From assembly GCA_016211105.1 (NCBI GenBank), contig JACQSX010000028.1, forward strand, positions 8,635 to 72,634: DNA of 64,000 nucleotides. The letters are read 5' to 3'. This document shows, in pieces, positions 1 to 12,208 of the stretch (position 1 is the stretch's first letter; every line of letters begins with the position of its first letter). Both the position numbers and the translations under genes were made by a program. The notes beneath the pieces were generated by a model. The model searched no databases, was not told where the DNA came from, and saw only the letters and a program-made list of their open reading frames with translations. This stretch comes from Acidobacteriota bacterium. Lineage in GTDB: Bacteria; Acidobacteriota; UBA6911; JACQSX01.

Positions 1-441
1 AAGGTTGTCAAGGGTGGGAAAAATCTGAGTTTCAGCGCCCTCGTAGTAGTGGGAGATCACAATGGCCATGTCGGATTTGGAGCAGGAAAGGCAAAAGAGG
101 TTCCCCAAGCGATCCGTAAGGCAATCGAGAGAGGCAAGAAGAACTTGATACGAGTGCCTCGCATACGTACAACGATTCCCCATATGGTGGTGGGGCGATT
201 TGGTGCCGGACGCGTGTTGTTGAAACCAGCGAAGGAGGGGACAGGCGTAATCGCCGGGGGGCCGGTACGCGCGGTGATGCAATCTGCGGGCATTTCCGAT
301 GTGGTCACAAAGTCTTTGGGATCGCCGAACCCCCACAACGTGATCAAGGCAACTTTTGAGGGGCTGTGCGCCTTGAAGTGGCCCAAGGAAGCAGCAGCAG
401 AAGAGAGCGGGTTAGAGATGATAGGCAAGATCAATGCCTAG
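1..441 (+). CDS. rpsE: 30S ribosomal protein S5 (5' end outside window)
   Basis: [15 protein letters not shown] and [13 protein letters not shown] motifs; spc operon order. Confidence 0.97.
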   Translation, partial: KVVKGGKNLSFSALVVVGDHNGHVGFGAGKAKEVPQAIRKAIERGKKNLIRVPRIRTTIPHMVVGRFGAGRVLLKPAKEGTGVIAGGPVRAVMQSAGISDVVTKSLGSPNPHNVIKATFEGLCALKWPKEAAAEESGLEMIGKINA

Positions 442-643
442 AAAAAAGCAACAAAAAGGTTTGCAAGAGATGCTGCGCATTAAGTATGTGCGCAGTGCAA
501 TCGGTTTTCCCAGCAAGCAGAAGGAAACTGTGCGTGGCCTGGGTCTGACCCGTTTGAATCAGGTGGTCGAGCGACCGGATACGCCTCAAATACGAGGGAT
601 GGTTGCCAAGATCCCGCATCTGGTCACTATTTTGGAGTCTTAG
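434..643 (+). CDS. rpmD: 50S ribosomal protein L30
   Basis: [29 protein letters not shown]; follows rpsE. Confidence 0.96.
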   Translation: MPRKKQQKGLQEMLRIKYVRSAIGFPSKQKETVRGLGLTRLNQVVERPDTPQIRGMVAKIPHLVTILES

Positions 644-646
644 GGA

Positions 647-1099
647 ATGACGTTATCGTTAAACACTCTTGCGGCGCCAGCGGGCGCCAATCGGGAGCGT
701 AAGCGGGTAGGACGAGGCCCGGGATCCGGACTGGGAAAAACAGCCGGGCGCGGCAGCAAGGGCCAGAAGTCACGTTCGGGCTACCGGCATCGGGCAGGTT
801 TTGAAGGTGGTCAAATGCCGCTTCATCGACGTTTGCCCAAGCGTGGGTTCAAGAACATTTTCAGGCGCGATTACGCGGAAGTGAATTTAGATCTGCTCAA
901 CCGTTTTGATGCTGGCGCTACGGTCACACCGGAAATTCTGGTGGAGCGAAGGCTTATCAGCAAGAGTAAGGCAGGAGTGCGTGTGTTGGGAAATGGAAAG
1001 TTGGATCGTGCGCTGACCGTCCGAGCACATCATTTCAGCAAGAATGCGCTGGAGAAGATCAGGCAGGTCGGAGGCACGGCAGAAGTGATCACTGCATGA
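647..1099 (+). CDS. rplO: 50S ribosomal protein L15
   Basis: [26 protein letters not shown]. Confidence 0.97.
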   Translation: MTLSLNTLAAPAGANRERKRVGRGPGSGLGKTAGRGSKGQKSRSGYRHRAGFEGGQMPLHRRLPKRGFKNIFRRDYAEVNLDLLNRFDAGATVTPEILVERRLISKSKAGVRVLGNGKLDRALTVRAHHFSKNALEKIRQVGGTAEVITA

Positions 1100-2511
1100 G
1101 TGCAAACATAAACCCGATTGTTGATAGCATCAAGAACATTACCAACATCCCGGAGCTGCGTAACCGGATCCTGTTCATGTTAATGATGCTGGCTGTCTAT
1201 CGGGTGGGTTCGTGGGTTCCCACCCCTGGCATCGATAGCGCCGCGCTGGAACAGATGTTTGCTAGCCAGACCAACACGATCTTTGGATTTTTGAATATGT
1301 TTTCTGGCGGCAACCTAAGCCGTCTCAGCGTCTTCGCGCTTGGCATCACCCCCTACATCACCGCTTCGATCATTCTCCAACTGTTGACCGTCGTCTGGCC
1401 CTATCTGGAAAGACTTTCTAAAGAAGGGGAATTGGGTCGGAAGAAGATTACTCAATATACCCGCTATCTGACGGTCGGGCTGAGCATAGTTCAATCCTTT
1501 GCCACGGCCATCGCGTTGGAGCGCACCACTGGCGCAGGCGGCCCTCCTGTGGTCCCACACCCTGGATGGACTTTTCGGTTTATTACTGTGATCACGCTAA
1601 CCACCGGTACCGCTTTTATCATGTGGGTGGGAGAGCAAATCTCCGAGCGAGGGATCGGGAATGGGATTTCCTTGATTATCTTCGCCGGAATCGTGGCTGG
1701 ATTGCCCCACGCGATTTTCGCTTTGTATGAAAACGTCTCGAATCGGACGATGAGTCCTATCACGATCATCATCCTGTTGGCGATGATGGTGGCGGTCGTG
1801 GCCGCCGTGGTTTTCGTGGAACGAGGTCAGAGGCGCATTCCGGTCCAATATGCCAAGCGGGTCGTTGGGCGGAAGATGTACGGAGGCCAGTCCACGCACT
1901 TGCCGCTGCGAGTCAATTCTGGCGGTGTCATCCCGGTAATTTTCGCCGCCTCCATTGTCGCTTTTCCTTCGACGTTGGGGTTGGTCTTCCAGCAATCGTG
2001 GGTGAGAGGCTTCACCCAACAACTGCAGCAAGGATATCCCCTGTACAATCTGTTTTATATCTGCGGCATTATCTTCTTCTGCTTCTTTTATGTCGCAATT
2101 ATTTTCAATCCTGACGAAGTGGCCGATAACATTCGCAAATACGGTGGCTTTATTCCCGGCATTCGTCCTGGCAAACGTACCGCAGAGCAGATCGATCGCA
2201 TATTGACCCGGCTGACCTTCGCCGGTGGAATTTACCTGGTGCTGGTTGCGCTGCTTCCTGAGTTTTTGATTACCGGCTTCAAGGTGCAGCCCATTCCCTG
2301 GATTGGACCAACTCTGGATAACCTATTGAACCGATTTAACCTGGATATTATCACTACGGGTATGGGATTGACCTTTTACTTTGGAGGAACATCTCTGTTG
2401 ATCGTCGTAGGTGTCGCGATGGACACGGTCCAGCAAATCGAGAGCCAGTTGATTATGCGCCACTATGATGGTTTTTTGAAAAAGGGCCGGATCCGAGGTC
2501 GAAGAGGTTAA
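1096..2511 (+). CDS. secY: Preprotein translocase SecY
   Basis: [35 protein letters not shown] motifs; multiple TM segments. Confidence 0.98.
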   Translation: MSANINPIVDSIKNITNIPELRNRILFMLMMLAVYRVGSWVPTPGIDSAALEQMFASQTNTIFGFLNMFSGGNLSRLSVFALGITPYITASIILQLLTVVWPYLERLSKEGELGRKKITQYTRYLTVGLSIVQSFATAIALERTTGAGGPPVVPHPGWTFRFITVITLTTGTAFIMWVGEQISERGIGNGISLIIFAGIVAGLPHAIFALYENVSNRTMSPITIIILLAMMVAVVAAVVFVERGQRRIPVQYAKRVVGRKMYGGQSTHLPLRVNSGGVIPVIFAASIVAFPSTLGLVFQQSWVRGFTQQLQQGYPLYNLFYICGIIFFCFFYVAIIFNPDEVADNIRKYGGFIPGIRPGKRTAEQIDRILTRLTFAGGIYLVLVALLPEFLITGFKVQPIPWIGPTLDNLLNRFNLDIITTGMGLTFYFGGTSLLIVVGVAMDTVQQIESQLIMRHYDGFLKKGRIRGRRG

Positions 2512-3155
2512 TGTCCAGAGTGATTGTGATGCTGGGCCCGCCGGGATGTGGGAAAGGAACACAGGCAAAAAAATTAGCCTCGCACCTGAACGTGCCACAC
2601 ATTTCCACCGGAGATATGCTGCGCGAAGCGGTGGCGCGGGGCGGCGAGCTGGGGGTGAAAGCAAAGGCAAGCATGGACGCCGGAGTGCTGGTTGCCGATA
2701 GAGTCGTGGATGCTATCGTGCAGGAAAGGGTGGCACAGGCGGACGCTTGCAACGGTTATGTCCTGGACGGGTATCCCAGAACGATGAAGCAGGCGGAGTT
2801 TCTGCAGAGAATATTGGACAAACACGATCTTGTGTCCTTCAACATTCAAGTCGAAGATGAGGAACTAGTCCGTCGGCTTTCCGGCAGGCGCACCTGTACT
2901 GCGGCGGGCCATATTTTTCACCTGCAATTCAATCCCTCGACCAGGGGAAATGTTTGTGACAAGGACGGCTCTCCGCTGATCCAGCGGCCTGACGACGGGG
3001 AGGAAGTTGTCCGGAAGCGTTTAAGCGTATATTATAAAGATACGGCACCGCTCGTTGAGCACTTCCGTTCCAGGCCACGGTTTCATCAGATCGCGGGAAA
3101 TCGGTCGCCCGAAGAAATCTTTAAAGAGTTGCAAAGCATTGTGGATCAAGAATGA
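2511..3155 (+). CDS. adk: Adenylate kinase
   Basis: P-loop GPPGCGKGT, HISTGDMLR, LDGYPRT. Confidence 0.97.
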   Translation: MSRVIVMLGPPGCGKGTQAKKLASHLNVPHISTGDMLREAVARGGELGVKAKASMDAGVLVADRVVDAIVQERVAQADACNGYVLDGYPRTMKQAEFLQRILDKHDLVSFNIQVEDEELVRRLSGRRTCTAAGHIFHLQFNPSTRGNVCDKDGSPLIQRPDDGEEVVRKRLSVYYKDTAPLVEHFRSRPRFHQIAGNRSPEEIFKELQSIVDQE

Positions 3156-3901
3156 TCGTTTGTAAGTCTTCCGAAGAGTTGCAAAAGATGTGGCACAGTG
3201 CGCTGATTGTCGCTGACGTTTTGGAAAAAATTAAGGAGTTCGTGGACGTAGGCGTGAAAACAAAGGATCTGGATGCGATGGCTGAGGAAATCATATTGAA
3301 GACAGGGGCCAAACCCGCTTTTAAGGGATACAACGGTTTTCCCGCGACGCTATGTACTTCGATTAACAGCCAGATTGTGCATGGAATTCCCGGAAATTAC
3401 AAATTGCGAGAAGGCGACATTGTGAGCATTGATTGCGGTGTCTACTGCGACGGCTTTTATGCCGATGCGGCGATCACAGAGCCGGTAGGGAAGGTCGGTG
3501 AAGAAATAAAAACGTTATTGCGTGTAACTGAGGAAGCCCTCTACCAGGGAATTGAACAGGTGCGTGTCGGGAATCGGGTCTCAGATATCTCGGCTGCGGT
3601 CCAGGCACATGTTGAACCGTACGGGTTCTCGGTGGTGAGAGAATTTGTTGGACATGGCATTGGGAAAGAACTGCACGAAGAACCGCAGGTTCCCAATTAC
3701 GGACCGCCAGGCCGCGGACCGAAGCTTGTGGAGGGGATGGTGCTGGCAATCGAGCCGATGGTTAATACCGGCGGCCCCGCGCATCGAACGCTGGAGGATG
3801 GCTGGACAGCAGTAACACTGGATGGGGGTTATTCGGCGCATTTTGAGCATTCAGTTGCTGTGACCGCCAACGGTCCTTGGATTCTCAGCCAGAAAATCTG
3901 A
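3152..3901 (+). CDS. map: Type I methionine aminopeptidase
   Basis: IVHGIP, GHGIG..HEEP, LAIEPM, SAHFEH. Confidence 0.97.
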   Translation: MIVCKSSEELQKMWHSALIVADVLEKIKEFVDVGVKTKDLDAMAEEIILKTGAKPAFKGYNGFPATLCTSINSQIVHGIPGNYKLREGDIVSIDCGVYCDGFYADAAITEPVGKVGEEIKTLLRVTEEALYQGIEQVRVGNRVSDISAAVQAHVEPYGFSVVREFVGHGIGKELHEEPQVPNYGPPGRGPKLVEGMVLAIEPMVNTGGPAHRTLEDGWTAVTLDGGYSAHFEHSVAVTANGPWILSQKI

Positions 3902-3903
3902 TT

Positions 3904-4122
3904 ATGCCGAAGGAAGACGCAATCGAAGTTGTGGGTACGGTGATTGAGACTCTTCCCAACGCCATGTTCCGGGTAGAATTGGAGAACAAGCACCAAGTGT
4001 TGGCACATATTTCAGGCAAGATGCGGAAGAATTTCATTCGCATCTTACCTGGAGACAAGATTCTCGTGGAATTGTCGCCTTATGACTTGACGCGAGGGAG
4101 GATCATTTACCGTTACAAGTGA
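3904..4122 (+). CDS. infA: Translation initiation factor IF-1
   Basis: [27 protein letters not shown]; ATG at 3904. Confidence 0.97.
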   Translation: MPKEDAIEVVGTVIETLPNAMFRVELENKHQVLAHISGKMRKNFIRILPGDKILVELSPYDLTRGRIIYRYK

Positions 4123-4227
4123 AAGGGGCAAGAATCACCAGTTCCCAGTGGGCGTCGAGTTCGCGCCGATGGAGAAGGAGGAAACCCATGCATTGCTTGG
4201 TAATTCTTGCACTTGGTGACCGAAGAC

Positions 4228-4341
4228 ATGAAAGTTAGAGCATCCGTCAAGAAAATTTGTGATAAGTGCAAGATCATACGTCGCCGTGGTGTGATCAGAA
4301 TTGTTTGCGTTAACCCGAAACATAAACAGCGACAGGGATAA
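4228..4341 (+). CDS. rpmJ: 50S ribosomal protein L36 (Zn-binding type; below ORF-track cutoff)
   Basis: Read manually: [37 protein letters not shown]. Confidence 0.97.
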   Translation: MKVRASVKKICDKCKIIRRRGVIRIVCVNPKHKQRQG

Positions 4342-4350
4342 CAGGACAAA

Positions 4351-4722
4351 ATGGCCAGAATTGCCGGAGTAAATCTCTCTGAAAACAAAAGAATTGAAAT
4401 TGCGCTGACCTGTATTTATGGCATCGGACGACCTCGGTCCAATCAGATACTGAAACTGGCAAACGTGAATCGAGACTGTAAAGTTCGTGAGCTCACGGAG
4501 GAAGAACTGGCGCGGATTCGTCAGATCATCCAGGATCAGGGAAGCGTCGAGGGCGATCTGCGCAAAGAAGTCCAGCTCAATACAAAAAGATTAATGGATA
4601 TCGGTTGCTATCGTGGACTGCGGCATCGCAAGGGCTTGCCGGTTCGTGGTCAGCGCACTCATACCAATGCACGTACCCGCAAGGGGCCGCGCAAGGTTGG
4701 CGGGTTGAGAAAGAAAGCTTGA
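4351..4722 (+). CDS. rpsM: 30S ribosomal protein S13
   Basis: [25 protein letters not shown]. Confidence 0.98.
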   Translation: MARIAGVNLSENKRIEIALTCIYGIGRPRSNQILKLANVNRDCKVRELTEEELARIRQIIQDQGSVEGDLRKEVQLNTKRLMDIGCYRGLRHRKGLPVRGQRTHTNARTRKGPRKVGGLRKKA

Positions 4723-4745
4723 GGAAATAAGACAGGAGCCATTGC

Positions 4746-5186
4746 ATGGCAAAAGATCAGCCGGAAGTCCCATCAGGTGGAACCGTCAAGAAAACGGTCG
4801 TCAAGAAGCGAGCGGGTAAGAAGAAGGAACGCCGTATCGTCCCGCACGGGATCGTGTACATCAAGGCAACGTTTAATAACACCGTCGTGACCATCACTGA
4901 TCAAGAAGGGAACTTGGTGGTTGCTTCCAGCGCAGGGGCGATGGGTTTCCGGGGTTCTCGCAAAGGCACGCCGTTTGCGGCGCAGCAGGCAGCGCAGAGG
5001 GCCGCCAATACCGCCAAGGAGAACTTCGGGATGAAATATGTCGATGTGCGCGTTAAAGGGCCGGGGGCAGGCCGAGAGTCCGCGATTCGCGCGCTAGCAG
5101 CCGCCGGCGTTGAAGTCCGTTCCATCAGGGATGTGACGCCGATTCCTCATAACGGCTGTCGACCGCCAAAACGCAGGAGAGTCTAG
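4746..5186 (+). CDS. rpsK: 30S ribosomal protein S11
   Basis: [33 protein letters not shown]. Confidence 0.98.
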   Translation: MAKDQPEVPSGGTVKKTVVKKRAGKKKERRIVPHGIVYIKATFNNTVVTITDQEGNLVVASSAGAMGFRGSRKGTPFAAQQAAQRAANTAKENFGMKYVDVRVKGPGAGRESAIRALAAAGVEVRSIRDVTPIPHNGCRPPKRRRV

Positions 5187-5308
5187 ACAATGTTAGGTTC
5201 GGATGACAACGTTGAATGAAACTCAATCAGCGACATTCGAAATTCGTCATTCGTTATGGAACAACATGAACGAAAAAATTTCGCCTGAAAGCGGCGGAGG
5301 TAATTAGT

Positions 5309-5938
5309 TTGGCAAGATATCGTGGGTCTGTCTGTCGGCTTTGCCGCCGGGAAGGGATGAAACTCTTCTTGAAGGGGCAAAGGTGTTTCTCAGAAAAGTG
5401 CGCGGTTGAAAAAAGGAGTTGGGCACCCGGAGAACACGGAAAGGATACCCGGAGCAAGACGCTCGGCTACGGGCTGCAACTGCGAGAAAAACAAAAGGTA
5501 AAGCGACTTTACGGCATTCTAGAGAATCAATTCCGCAATTATTTCGAGAAGGCGGTGCAGCAGCGGGGCATTACGGGCGAACGCCTATTGACTTCTCTGG
5601 AACGAAGACTGGATACCGTGGTGTTGCGTGCGGGATTTGGTAGTTCACCTTCCCATGCGCGGCAACTGGTTCGTCACGGTCACGTTTTGGTCAATGAGAA
5701 AAAGGTGAATATCCCGAGCTATCTGGTATCGGCTGGTGATGTGGTCGGCCTGAAACCAAAGCTGCACAGCAATCCACAGGTGCAGATGTCCGTGGACTTA
5801 GCCGCCGGCCAAGCGTTCCCCAAGTGGCTTGAGGTAGACAAGGAGCATCTGAAGGTAACGGTACGCGAGTTGCCGCGTCGTGAAGACATTCGCCTCCCGA
5901 TTGAGGAACAACTGATCGTCGAGTTGTATTCGAAATAG
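5309..5938 (+). CDS. rpsD: 30S ribosomal protein S4
   Basis: CRLCRREG..QLREKQK..LERRLD..IVELYSK; TTG start with GGAGG RBS. Confidence 0.98.
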   Translation: MARYRGSVCRLCRREGMKLFLKGQRCFSEKCAVEKRSWAPGEHGKDTRSKTLGYGLQLREKQKVKRLYGILENQFRNYFEKAVQQRGITGERLLTSLERRLDTVVLRAGFGSSPSHARQLVRHGHVLVNEKKVNIPSYLVSAGDVVGLKPKLHSNPQVQMSVDLAAGQAFPKWLEVDKEHLKVTVRELPRREDIRLPIEEQLIVELYSK

Positions 5939-6098
5939 TTGGGACAGTGGTCTGGTGTTGGTGGTTTATGGTGTCCGGGTCATCAGTGATCGATAAGATT
6001 TGGAGGTTCCGGCCAGTGGTCGCTGTCCACTGACAAGAGACGCAAGGTCTTTACGCGAGAGCGAGAGAAATTTTAAAAAATGGAGTGAAAAAAAAGAA

Positions 6099-7091
6099 AT
6101 GAAAGGTTTTCAAAAACCGAAAAGACTTGCTTGCGATTTCGAAACGCTGACCAATAGTTACGGTCATTTCTATGCGCAGCCATTTGAACGTGGATATGGC
6201 ACAACCATAGGCAACGCTGTGCGTCGGGTTCTACTGTCCAGCATCGAGGGGGCTGCAATCACGGCGGTGAGAATCGAGGGCATTTTGCACGAATTTTCTT
6301 CTATTCCGGGTGTGGTGGAGGATGTGACCGATATCATTATGAACGTGAAAACAGTGCCCATTCGCCTTAATGTGGATCATCCCAAGACATTGTATCTGGA
6401 ATCCAAAGGTCCCGGTGCGGTAACCGCTGCGGATATCAAACCGGATCCGGATGTGGAGATTTTGGATCCATCGATTCATCTGGCTACCGTGGGCGACGGA
6501 AAGCTTTCCATGGAAATGCGGGTAAAAAAGGGTCGCGGCTATGTTTCGTCGGATGAAAATTTCGACCCCGATCTGTCTCTGGGATTCATCCCGGTTGACT
6601 CGGTGCACTCGCCGGTGCGAAAAGTCAACTATTACGTAGAGGCAGCCCGATTGGGCCAGGCCACCGATTACGACCGCCTCAATCTGGAGATCTGGACCAA
6701 TGGGTGCATCACGCCTCAAGATGCCATCGCGCGAGCAGCTAAGTTGATCAAGGACCACATGTTCATATTCATCAACTTCGAAGAGGAACCGGAGCCGGAA
6801 GAGCAGCTTGTGGATACCAAACAGGACCTGATCAACGAGAATTTGCAAAAATCCGTCGAGGAGTTGGAGTTATCCGTACGTTCCTACAACTGCTTGAAAA
6901 ACGCCAACATTAAAACCATCGGTGAACTGGTACAGAAAACAGAAGCCGAAATGCTGAAGACGAAAAACTTCGGCAGGAAGTCTCTAAATGAGATCAAAGA
7001 GATCCTACAGGAAATGGGACTGCACTTTGGAATGAAGCTGGATGAGCATGGTTGTCCCATTCGCGAAGATAGCGTCGGCGCCAGGGGCTAG
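6099..7091 (+). CDS. rpoA: RNA polymerase alpha subunit
   Basis: [33 protein letters not shown]; likely start ATG 6099. Confidence 0.97.
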   Translation: MKGFQKPKRLACDFETLTNSYGHFYAQPFERGYGTTIGNAVRRVLLSSIEGAAITAVRIEGILHEFSSIPGVVEDVTDIIMNVKTVPIRLNVDHPKTLYLESKGPGAVTAADIKPDPDVEILDPSIHLATVGDGKLSMEMRVKKGRGYVSSDENFDPDLSLGFIPVDSVHSPVRKVNYYVEAARLGQATDYDRLNLEIWTNGCITPQDAIARAAKLIKDHMFIFINFEEEPEPEEQLVDTKQDLINENLQKSVEELELSVRSYNCLKNANIKTIGELVQKTEAEMLKTKNFGRKSLNEIKEILQEMGLHFGMKLDEHGCPIREDSVGARG

Positions 7092-7095
7092 TAAA

Positions 7096-7539
7096 ATGCC
7101 ACACCAAGTAGCGGGAAGAAAACTGGGACGCACCACAGCCCACCGGAAGGCGTTGTTTCGCAACCTGGTGACGGAGCTCTTCGACAAAGAGCATATTGTG
7201 ACCACGCTGTACAAAGCAAAGGAAGTCCGTCCCGTTGCTGAGAGGATGATTACGCTGGGCAAGAGAGAAAATTTGCACGCTCGGCGCCAGGCTCTTTCCT
7301 TCATTAAGAAGAAGGCGGTAGTACAAAAGCTGTTTAGCACGATCGCTCCCAGATTTTCAGACCGTAGCGGTGGATACACCCGCATTATCCGCCTTGGTTT
7401 TCGGAAAGGCGACAGCGCGGAGATGGCTCTGATCGAGCTGTTGGGAAGCGAGTATAAGCCTAAGATTGAGAAGAAGGGCAAAAAGGCCGCCTCTACAAAG
7501 ACCAAGAAGGCGGCGGAACGTGCCGATACAAAATCGTGA
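7096..7539 (+). CDS. rplQ: 50S ribosomal protein L17
   Basis: [24 protein letters not shown]; ATG 7096. Confidence 0.97.
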   Translation: MPHQVAGRKLGRTTAHRKALFRNLVTELFDKEHIVTTLYKAKEVRPVAERMITLGKRENLHARRQALSFIKKKAVVQKLFSTIAPRFSDRSGGYTRIIRLGFRKGDSAEMALIELLGSEYKPKIEKKGKKAASTKTKKAAERADTKS

Positions 7540-8054
7540 AGTACCGAAAACAAAAAGTATTTGTCGCGATGGTTGTGTTTGCTCTGTCTGGCATCCTGCT
7601 GGCCGCGCAAGACTACCAAGATTACAACGAAAATGAAATTGGGTTTGTTTTCAGCGCGACAAAATTTCGGACAACCACGGAAGTCGGAATGGGTGGCAGA
7701 TTCGTTCGTAATTACACCCGAAATCTCGGATTCGAATTCCATGGAGGCTTTTACCCGAGTAACGACCTTGTAAACTTTTACCAGGCCATTTTCAATTTTC
7801 GGGGAACCTACCGGATGGAGGAACGTCATAAGGTCAACTTTTTGGGCGTCTTTGGCCCTGGCTTTCTGATCGTGGATCCTAAAACTGGAGGTGGCAGAAG
7901 CGCTCACGTTGCGTTCAATGCGGGAGGTGGCTTGGAGGTGGTGCCGTACCCGAATGTGGCCATCCGAGCCGACGTTACGGATTTTGTTTTCTTCTCAGAG
8001 GGCGACGTCTCGAATAACGCCGATTTTAAGCTTGCCGTGATGTATCGCTGGTAG
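7536..8054 (+). CDS. Outer-membrane beta-barrel protein
   Basis: Signal peptide, amphipathic strands ([16 protein letters not shown]), C-terminal aromatic YRW. Confidence 0.75.
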   Translation: MKYRKQKVFVAMVVFALSGILLAAQDYQDYNENEIGFVFSATKFRTTTEVGMGGRFVRNYTRNLGFEFHGGFYPSNDLVNFYQAIFNFRGTYRMEERHKVNFLGVFGPGFLIVDPKTGGGRSAHVAFNAGGGLEVVPYPNVAIRADVTDFVFFSEGDVSNNADFKLAVMYRW

Positions 8055-8199
8055 GAAATTGTCTCAACGAGGTCGGTGACGCCGAATCTGCCCGCGGGCT
8101 GAATGAGCAAATTTGAAACGGTTGCGGTTTCGGCGATCCTTCGTATAGTCACCTCTTTACGGCGAAGATGCCCGATGTGTGATCCCGGACGAGGAGATC

Positions 8200-9654
8200 C
8201 TATCCTGAAAATATAACGATCTTGTTCCTGCCGGCTTTCTTGGCCTGGTAGAGAGCCTTATCTACGTTCTCCTCCAACTCCTTTACATCTTTGGCATGGT
8301 CCGGGTAAGAGGCAATTCCAACGCTTAGCCCGATTACCCCGAAGGCGGATGGATTCCTCTCCAATTCCTGCATGATGCGCTCCACCAGGCGCTGGGCCTT
8401 GGTCGCGTCAGTCTCGGGCAGGATAAGCGCAAATTCATCGCCACCGTAGCGGGCGACCACGTCGCTGATGCGAGAGCCCTTCTTGAAGACTTGGGCAACA
8501 TAGATCAGCACCTTGTCTCCGCCGGAGTGTCCGTAGTGATCGTTGATGTCCTTGAAGTGGTCCAGATCCATTAGCACCACGGTACACTGTCTTTGCTTTC
8601 GCCGCGAGCGCTCTAGTTCCTCCTCCAGCCTTTCATAAAAATGCCTTCGGTTGGCGATTTGCGTAAGGCTATCCGTTTTGGCCTGACTCTCGATCTTCTT
8701 AAAAAGCTGGGCCATCTGCAAAGCAATCGCGACTTGTGTGCCCAGAAATTCAAACTTCACTTTTTCTTCGTCCGTCCACCGATGGGCGCCTTTGCGAAAA
8801 ATACGCAATTCTCCGAAGTCCTGATTTTCGGACCGGAGCCTTGTCACCATACGCGACTGGAAAGAAAGTTCAGGTGAAGCGACCGGCGCGGCAGAGCTCA
8901 TCGGTTGAGGGCTGTTTGGCTGGTTGGCATCGGACGCTGCCGAACGGTCGGCACAGAAAGCCCCTGAGCGGACGCTGTCGCCCTCCATTAGTAGCAGTTC
9001 CACAGCGTCAGAATGCATAATCTCTTTGACGGTGCGCGGGCATTTTGCGACGATCTGCTCCTCGTCCAAAGAGCGCGTCAGATCGCGGCCGAAGTTAAAA
9101 AGATCTTGCGTGAATTCAAGCGTTCGCTGAGCCCTGTGCTCCTGCTGGCGCTGTTGAAAGAGAAGCAAACCAAAAAATAGGGCAACCACAAAAATGAAAG
9201 GGATCCGGATTAGCAATTCAGGTGAAACGAGGAAACCGGCAGGATCGGTGCTCCACATCAACCATCCGTAAAAGCAGGCGATCAGGAAAGTGGCGATGGC
9301 CAAGAACCTTAGGTTTCTAATGATCGCCGCGAGAATCAGCACTAAGATGAACACCAGGTAAAAATCCGTGCTCGCAAACCCGGTGAAATAAATAACGGCG
9401 ATGATCGCCGCCGTGTCCAATGTAGCCAGCACGATGGAAATCCAGCGTCGAAAACCAACCCTGCCCAGCAGTATGGTCACCAGGCCTGTCGCGATCAGCA
9501 GCAGTGCAGTAAGAACCAGGTTGGCGAAAGCGAACTGCTGCTTTTCGGAGAACTGCAGAAGATAGACAGCAGCCACGACGATCATCCACTGCAATTCCAA
9601 AATGTGTCGATCGCTGGGAAAAGCCTGCTCTTTAATCTGCAAGATTTGCAACAT
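8200..9654 (-). CDS. Membrane sensor/GAF diguanylate cyclase
   Basis: TM N-terminus, TDSLT, DLDHFKDIND, RYGGDEF; start uncertain (ATG 9654 preferred). Confidence 0.92.
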   Translation of the reverse strand: MLQILQIKEQAFPSDRHILELQWMIVVAAVYLLQFSEKQQFAFANLVLTALLLIATGLVTILLGRVGFRRWISIVLATLDTAAIIAVIYFTGFASTDFYLVFILVLILAAIIRNLRFLAIATFLIACFYGWLMWSTDPAGFLVSPELLIRIPFIFVVALFFGLLLFQQRQQEHRAQRTLEFTQDLFNFGRDLTRSLDEEQIVAKCPRTVKEIMHSDAVELLLMEGDSVRSGAFCADRSAASDANQPNSPQPMSSAAPVASPELSFQSRMVTRLRSENQDFGELRIFRKGAHRWTDEEKVKFEFLGTQVAIALQMAQLFKKIESQAKTDSLTQIANRRHFYERLEEELERSRRKQRQCTVVLMDLDHFKDINDHYGHSGGDKVLIYVAQVFKKGSRISDVVARYGGDEFALILPETDATKAQRLVERIMQELERNPSAFGVIGLSVGIASYPDHAKDVKELEENVDKALYQAKKAGRNKIVIFSG

Positions 9655-9904
9655 GTTACAAAGGACAGCGCGTAAATTGCAAGATCTGTTCCAATTTGAC
9701 CCTTTCTTGTAGGCTTGCGGATAAATATCAATAACATTTGCTGCTGGGGCCATTCTTGTCTCATTCATATTTGCATGATGGCAAGACCGGCCGGTCAGAG
9801 ACACGTTTAGTGTTGCAAAATAAAGAGTTATGATGATCGGGTGGGCTGTTGAGCTTGAATTTTCACCCCCCCCAATACGATCGCCTATCTGGTATACTCG
9901 CTTC

Positions 9905-10495
9905 ATGCCTCTGAATGAAAAGAAGGTATCGCGATCAGCGCTGCCCACGGATGTGGGGGCTTTTACGATTTACGGATTTGAGGAATCTACAAGCGGCGAG
10001 GAGGCAGTAGCTTTGGTCCAAGGAACCGTGCCTTGCCCCGATGCTCCCCTGGTTCGCATCCACTCGCAGTGTCTGACTGGGGATGTCTTTGGCTCTCATC
10101 GGTGCGACTGTGGAGCACAACTTAGGGCTGCGCTGCGAAAAATTGCGGCTGAAGCGTCAGGGGTCCTCCTGTATCAAATGCAGGAAGGGCGTGGGATCGG
10201 GCTGATCAACAAGCTAATGGCATACGAGTTGCAAGATCAGGGAGTGGATACAGTGGAGGCCAATGAGAAGCTCGGCTTTGCTGCTGACCAGCGCGAATAC
10301 CAATTTTGCGCGGATATCCTGAAGTATTTGGGCGCTACCGAGATCCGGCTCTTGTCCAATAACCCGGCGAAAAGGGAGGCCTTGGAAAAGGAAGGAATTC
10401 GTGTGCAGGCGATGGTTCCGTTAAAGGTAAGGCACTCCAAGCGAGCCGATACGTACATGAGGACGAAGCGGGACAAGTTGGGACACCTCCTGTAG
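9905..10495 (+). CDS. ribA: GTP cyclohydrolase II
   Basis: VRIHSQCLTGDVFGSHRCDCG, QEGRGIGL, LLSNNP. Confidence 0.95.
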   Translation: MPLNEKKVSRSALPTDVGAFTIYGFEESTSGEEAVALVQGTVPCPDAPLVRIHSQCLTGDVFGSHRCDCGAQLRAALRKIAAEASGVLLYQMQEGRGIGLINKLMAYELQDQGVDTVEANEKLGFAADQREYQFCADILKYLGATEIRLLSNNPAKREALEKEGIRVQAMVPLKVRHSKRADTYMRTKRDKLGHLL

Positions 10496-10569
10496 CAGCG
10501 GGCCAGACGCGGTGTCTGCGTCTGGACAGGCGGCTGACCCGCGATTAGATTTTAGAGCGGTCGAGGGAA

Positions 10570-12045
10570 ATGGGTAGCAGTACGGCTCTTGTATCACCAT
10601 TGATGCGCCAACTTGGATCGATCTTGCTGATTTCTTGCTATGAGCTCGGTCATCAGCCCTTAGGGATCGCCTCTCCGATGGCGTTCTTGCAAAGAGCGGG
10701 ATACCGGCCCAGAGGTCTGGATATCTCCTTCCAGAGTTTGGACACAGATGCGATCGTTCGTGCTCGTTTTATCGGAATCTCGGTCCCGATGCACACCGCA
10801 TTGCGTCTCGGCGTACGCGTCGCCGAGTTTGCCCGCCGCATTAACCCGAATTGCCATGTTTGTTTTTACGGACTCTACGCGTGGCTCAACGCTGATTATT
10901 TGTTGGCGACCGTTGCCGATTCCATTATTGGCGGGGAGTTTGAGGAGCCGCTGGTTGCGCTGGTGCGGGCAATCGAGGTAGAACGCTTCGACGATGTCGA
11001 AGGAGTCAGCCGGCGGGATAGCAAGTCTGGGCCCTTTTTGAAGCGCCTATTTTTTGCGCCGCCGAGCCGGACAATGCTGCCTTCGCTGGAAAGATACGCG
11101 CATCTGGAATACGATGGAGTTCGACGGCCAGCCGGCTATGTGGAAGCAAGCCGGGGTTGCCTGCATCGCTGCCTTCATTGCCCGATATCGCCCGTTTACC
11201 GAGGGCGTTTTTTTGTGGTCCCGGAGAAAATTGTTCTGCAGGATATCCGACAGCAAGTTGCTGTGGGAGCAGCTCATATTACGTTTGGAGACCCTGATTT
11301 TCTTAACGGTCCTGGGCACACGCTCCGAATCGCCCGTCGTATGCATGAAGAGTTCCCGGACTTGACGTTCGACTTGACGACCAAAGTAGAGCACATTGTC
11401 AAGCACCGCTCGCTGTTCGCCGAACTGCGCGCGCTGGGTTGCCTATTCATTGTTTCGGCGGTTGAGTCGTTGAGTGATATGGTTCTGGCATGTCTGGAGA
11501 AGGGCCATATACGGGCCGATGTTTTCGAAGCGCTCAACATTGTCCGGTGTGCGGGGATCTCGTTCCGGCCCACCTGGATTCCATTCACGCCATGGGCCAC
11601 GCTCGCTGACTATACAGACATACTCGATTTTGTGGAGGGTGAAGGGCTGATTAACCATGTGGATCCGGTGCAGTACAGCATCCGGCTGCTGGTCCCACCG
11701 GGCTCTGACCTGCTGTCTCGGCCTGCCATTCAGCCATTTCTGGGAGCGCTTGACTGCGGATCCTTTAGCTATCACTGGACCCATCCAGATCCGCGCATGG
11801 ATACGCTCTATCGAAAAGTTAGAGTGGCAATAGAGGAGGCGGTGCGGAAAGGTGAGAGTCCGGCGGCGATGTTTTATCGGGTACACGGGATTGCCAGTAC
11901 AGAACCTCGTCGCGGAGCGCTAACGACGCAGCGATCCGCTGACGCGCTGCAGAAGGGATCCCCGCGATTGAGTGAGCCATGGTTTTGCTGAGCGGAGCCG
12001 ATGGAGGGCCAGTTCGGCCCTCTTGAGACGCCGGCGATTGTCTAG
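10570..12045 (+). CDS. B12-binding radical SAM protein with C-U-AEP tail (predicted selenoprotein, TGA 11989-11991 = Sec)
   Basis: LLISCYELGHQP N-terminus, CLHRCLHC (CxxxCxxC); reading through TGA gives EPWFC-U-AEPMEGQFGPLETPAIV, TAG at 12043-12045; matches the CUAEP/CCAEP-tail radical SAM family as I recall it. Confidence 0.88.
12004..12022 (+). promoter_or_regulatory. SECIS-like hairpin of the radical SAM gene
   Basis: GAGGGCC-AGUUC-GGCCCUC perfect 7-bp stem; 19 nt between UGA and loop; GU in loop. Confidence 0.75.
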
Positions 12046-12208
12046 TTTTCCGCAACTACAAACGTCATCACAATTGTGAAAAGGGGACACTAGGATGGGA
12101 CGCTTATCCGGTTTAAAATAGTAAAGGATACCTTGTGCGAATCCTAATTCAGCGGCCAAAATAGGAAGTGTCGGCAGCCGCGGATCTCGGATCGAGACAA
12201 AAAGGAGC